A DNA stretch of 26,988 nt, from assembly GCA_038320275.1 (NCBI GenBank), contig JBBQEB010000035.1, forward strand, positions 1 through 26,988, given 5' to 3'. Positions within the stretch are counted from its first letter, which is position 1. Every line of letters begins with the position of its first letter. This document shows, in pieces, positions 24,159-26,988 of the stretch. Source of the DNA: Myxococcales bacterium. GTDB lineage: Bacteria > Myxococcota > Myxococcia > Myxococcales > Anaeromyxobacteraceae. The position numbers and the translations under genes were made by a program. Under the pieces are notes generated by a model that saw only the letters and a program-made list of their open reading frames with translations, was not told the DNA's origin and did no database searches.

Positions 24159-26390
24159 TCAACCCTCTCTTCGGCGCGCCTTCGCGAAGCGATAAGCCTG
24201 TGCCGCAAGCGAAATGTGCGTGAACAGGCGCCGACGTGCGCAGGCGCTGGCGTGCAGCGCGAGGAGCGGCGAGGCGGGCTCCCCGTGCGCGGTGACCTCC
24301 ACCGCCTGGACGCTCACGAGCCCCTCGCTGCCGTCCGGCCAGGCGGCGAGCAGCGCCTCGGCAGCGGCGCTCCATGGGAGCGTGGCGCGCCCGCCGAAGC
24401 GCTCGCCGCCAACCTCCACCTCGATGAAGGGCAGCTCGCCGCGGATCCGGATCGGCGCCGCCGGCCCCGGCGGGCCCGCGCGCCGGATGGCGAGCTCCAG
24501 GCCGTCGGCCAGGCGGAGCGCCAGCATCGCCTTGGGCGTCGCGGCGCCGACGATCGACCGCGCCTCGGCGAGCCGTCGCTCGAGCTCCTGCAGCGGCACC
24601 ACCTCGCGCAGGAACCCGCCCCCGCCGTCGGCGAACAGGAGCGCCGCCTGGCCCGGGCCCGCGAGGGAGACGCGGCACTGGAGGAAGGAGGCTGGCCAGG
24701 CGCGCAGCCCGCGCCGCTCGCCGCCCTGGAGGGAGAGGTCCGGAGCGTCCGGGTCGGGCGTGAAGCGGCGAGGCCGGGAGGCGAAGCGCCGGAGCGCGTA
24801 GGACCGCAGGCCTCGTCCCGTGGGCACGAGCACCCTGCCGCCAGCCTGGATCGCCACCGGGCACGGCGTAAGGGGGTCGCGCAGGAGCGCGGTGAGCTTC
24901 AGGAGGCGCGCGGCGAGTGGGCGCGCCGCCGGCCGCGGCGCATGGATGGCCATGGGCTCTCCCGCGTGCGCGCGGGCCACCACCACGCGGATCGCCTCGT
25001 CCCCCCCCACCTCTCGGCACGCCGGTCGCCGCCCGGGCGAGAGGCTGACGAGGAGCGCCTCCTGGACCTCCACAGGCTGACCGGCGAGCGAGGCAGTTGC
25101 GGCGCGCGCCCCAGGCGCCTCCACCGCCTCGGGGAGCACGAGCAGCGCGCGGCTCGGGTGCGGCCCGGGGAGGCGGCGGGCCACCTCGATCCAGCGCGGG
25201 TCGAGCGCGGCCACAGCGGCGCCGAGGGGACCACCTCGAGCGCCCTCGAGCGCGGCCGCGGCGCCGAGGAGGGCGAGAGCGCGCACCTCCGCCTGGACCG
25301 GCCACGCGCCCTGGCCGAGGAGGGCGCCGCTGGGTGAGCGCACCTCGTACCGCGCGCCCGACGGCACCGGCGTGAGCGCCAGCTTGCCGTCGGCCGCCTC
25401 CAGGGCGAGCTTCCCCCGGACCGCCGGCAGGACGACGCGCGGCATTCCCGGCCCGACCGCCTCCAGCCAGCGGCGAGGGGAGGAGCGATCCTGGAGCGCC
25501 GCGACGGAGCGCCGCACCGCAGCGGCGCAGGCGAGCGCGAGAGCCCGGCCCTGGGCGAGCACGGCCGCGAGGTCGTCGGCCGGCGCCCCGCCCCGGGACA
25601 GGCGCAGCGCCCGGTCCACGTGGGCGGCGGCCCCGGGGACGAGCCCGGCCCACCCGGAGAAGAACACGTCCACGCCGGAGAGCGACCGCGCCGAGGTTCC
25701 GCCCGCGAGGAGCGCCGCCAGGGCGTCGAGCGGCGCCGGCGCGCTGCCGCCGCTCAGCAAGGTGAGGGCGAGGGCGGCGAGCGGAGACGCGGCGGAGGAG
25801 GCGAGGTGCCGGGCCACGGCGGGGAGGAGCGCGCCGCGGCTCTCCTCCAGAGCGTCCCAGGCGTCCGATGCGAACACGCCGGCCAGGAGCGCTCCGAAGG
25901 CGACCGCGCGATGGACGGAGGCGCCGTCCCTCCGGAGGCGGGCCGGGTCGAAGAGGGCGGCGCGCAGCGGCACACCGGCCTCGACCAGCGCAGCCTGGAT
26001 TCCTTCGAGCCGCTCCTGCAAGAGCCCCAGCTCCACGGTGGAGAGGTCCGGCCCGACCAGCACCAGCGCCTCGAGCCCGGCCGCGACCGGGATGGCGATG
26101 ACGCCCTGCACCAGGGCTCGGCCTCGCGCAGCCCGGAACGGCGGAGGCAGCCCCAGCGCGTGCGAAAGGGAGGACCAGCGGCGATGGTAGCGGAGGCCCG
26201 TGACGCCCGGCGGATCGCCATCCAGCCCGGGCCGGCGAAAGCTGGCGTGGAGCAGGACCGGGAGGAGCCTCGCCGCCGCGACCGTCCTCGCGGGCAGGTG
26301 CCGCGGAAGACGGTGCGCGCGCTCGCGCAGCACCGCCGTCAGCGCCCGGCGATCGATCTCGCCGAAGGGACCAGCGGCGCGAGGGGTCAC
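24159..26390 (-). CDS. hypothetical 743-aa protein resembling a degenerate class I adenylate cyclase
   Basis: Fills the flgL-fliC gap and its GTG overlaps the flgL TGA. LLPVLLHASF...DGDPPGV resembles the CyaA N-terminus; the catalytic GS/DxD motif is not seen. Confidence 0.6.
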   Translation of the reverse strand: MTPRAAGPFGEIDRRALTAVLRERAHRLPRHLPARTVAAARLLPVLLHASFRRPGLDGDPPGVTGLRYHRRWSSLSHALGLPPPFRAARGRALVQGVIAIPVAAGLEALVLVGPDLSTVELGLLQERLEGIQAALVEAGVPLRAALFDPARLRRDGASVHRAVAFGALLAGVFASDAWDALEESRGALLPAVARHLASSAASPLAALALTLLSGGSAPAPLDALAALLAGGTSARSLSGVDVFFSGWAGLVPGAAAHVDRALRLSRGGAPADDLAAVLAQGRALALACAAAVRRSVAALQDRSSPRRWLEAVGPGMPRVVLPAVRGKLALEAADGKLALTPVPSGARYEVRSPSGALLGQGAWPVQAEVRALALLGAAAALEGARGGPLGAAVAALDPRWIEVARRLPGPHPSRALLVLPEAVEAPGARAATASLAGQPVEVQEALLVSLSPGRRPACREVGGDEAIRVVVARAHAGEPMAIHAPRPAARPLAARLLKLTALLRDPLTPCPVAIQAGGRVLVPTGRGLRSYALRRFASRPRRFTPDPDAPDLSLQGGERRGLRAWPASFLQCRVSLAGPGQAALLFADGGGGFLREVVPLQELERRLAEARSIVGAATPKAMLALRLADGLELAIRRAGPPGPAAPIRIRGELPFIEVEVGGERFGGRATLPWSAAAEALLAAWPDGSEGLVSVQAVEVTAHGEPASPLLALHASACARRRLFTHISLAAQAYRFAKARRREG
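24168..24194 (-). promoter_or_regulatory. weak candidate sigma-28 promoter for fliC
   Basis: TATC-N15-GCCGAAGA versus consensus TAAA-N15-GCCGATAA; spacing and position fit, the -35 match is poor. Confidence 0.3.
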
Positions 26391-26988
26391 CGGAGATAAT
26401 CGAGCAGACTCAGCTTGAACGACTGCGCGGTCGCGGAGAGGGACGCCTGGAGCGCAGTCTGCGTGCGGCTGAGGTCGATCGAGGATTCGATCACGTCCGC
26501 GTCGGTGAGCTTGCCCGATTGTACCTTGGCGGCGTCGGAGGCGGCCTGGCTCGCGGTCACGGCGGCGTCGAAGGCGTTCATGCCGACCCCGGCCTGCGAG
26601 CGGGCGGTGGCCACCTGGGCGATGCCGGTGTCGAGCCCGGTGAGGGCCGCCTGGACGCCTGTAGGGTCGTTCGCGGCGAGAGCCGCCTGAAGGCTCTCGA
26701 GGGTCCCGAGCACGTCGGTGCCGCTGGCCGGGCCGCCGGCGGGGTTCGCGCCCTTGAGGGCCACGTCGGCGCGGATGCTGGCGGCCTGGTAGACGCCGGG
26801 CGCGACCTCCACCTGCCGCACATTGGCGTCGCCACCGTAGTTGCCGGCAGCATCGAACGGCGCGGCGCCGTCCTGGGTGCCGCCAAAGACGTAGCGGCTT
26901 CCCACCTTCGCGTTCATGGCGGCGACGATGCCGCCGAGGAGCCCTCCCACCTCGGCGGCCCCGCCGGCGAGCTGGGCCGCGGGATAGC
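26387..26988 (-). CDS. flgL: flagellar hook-associated protein 3, 5'-partial (runs off the window end)
   Basis: MNAKVGSRYVFGGTQ..APF, YGGD, ARSQAG..MN, LTDADV, KLSLLDYLR; frame open to the window end. Confidence 0.92.
   Translation of the reverse strand, partial: YPAAQLAGGAAEVGGLLGGIVAAMNAKVGSRYVFGGTQDGAAPFDAAGNYGGDANVRQVEVAPGVYQAASIRADVALKGANPAGGPASGTDVLGTLESLQAALAANDPTGVQAALTGLDTGIAQVATARSQAGVGMNAFDAAVTASQAASDAAKVQSGKLTDADVIESSIDLSRTQTALQASLSATAQSFKLSLLDYLR

Noticed and set aside
16080..25653. Long ORFs 16080..18896, 19474..20808, 21978..23309, 22936..24117 and the 5' extensions of moeA, mobB, the Fnr-like gene and fliC
   Set aside because: Shadow frames; better starts with ribosome-binding sites or stop/start overlaps lie downstream.
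1..26988. tRNA, rRNA, riboswitch, IS transposase or integrase
   Set aside because: None recognised by eye; intergenic spaces are short or filled by arrays. A covariance-model search would be needed to exclude small RNAs, for example at 19307-19513.

Overview
High-GC window that reads like Myxococcota, Anaeromyxobacter-type DNA (inferred from gene content, notably a close homologue of the globin-coupled kinase AfGcHK). From left to right: housekeeping genes (partial holA, metG, tatD, HAD hydrolase, YhaM-like HD nuclease, DksA/TraR-like protein, TatD-associated radical SAM); a signalling block (sigma-54 response regulator convergent with a CBS / globin-coupled kinase / hybrid receiver-kinase operon); a ~4.9 kb accessory block (12.1-17.0 kb); then a GT2 glycosyltransferase, tatA, an Fnr-like regulator, moeA-mobB and a flagellar cluster (fliT-like, fliS, fliD, fliC, a degenerate class I adenylate cyclase-like gene, partial flgL). 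The most unusual structure is the accessory block. Four co-oriented G-rich (GGTCGN)n hexamer tracts punctuate it. Two of them flank an intact DUF222-like HNH endonuclease gene and share an identical 37-nt block. A decayed second copy of that gene keeps a hexamer tract, a GATTGG-N20-CCAATC inverted repeat and a promoter-like motif. Together these suggest a repeat-associated HNH selfish element. All family assignments were made by eye from motifs; no database search was run.
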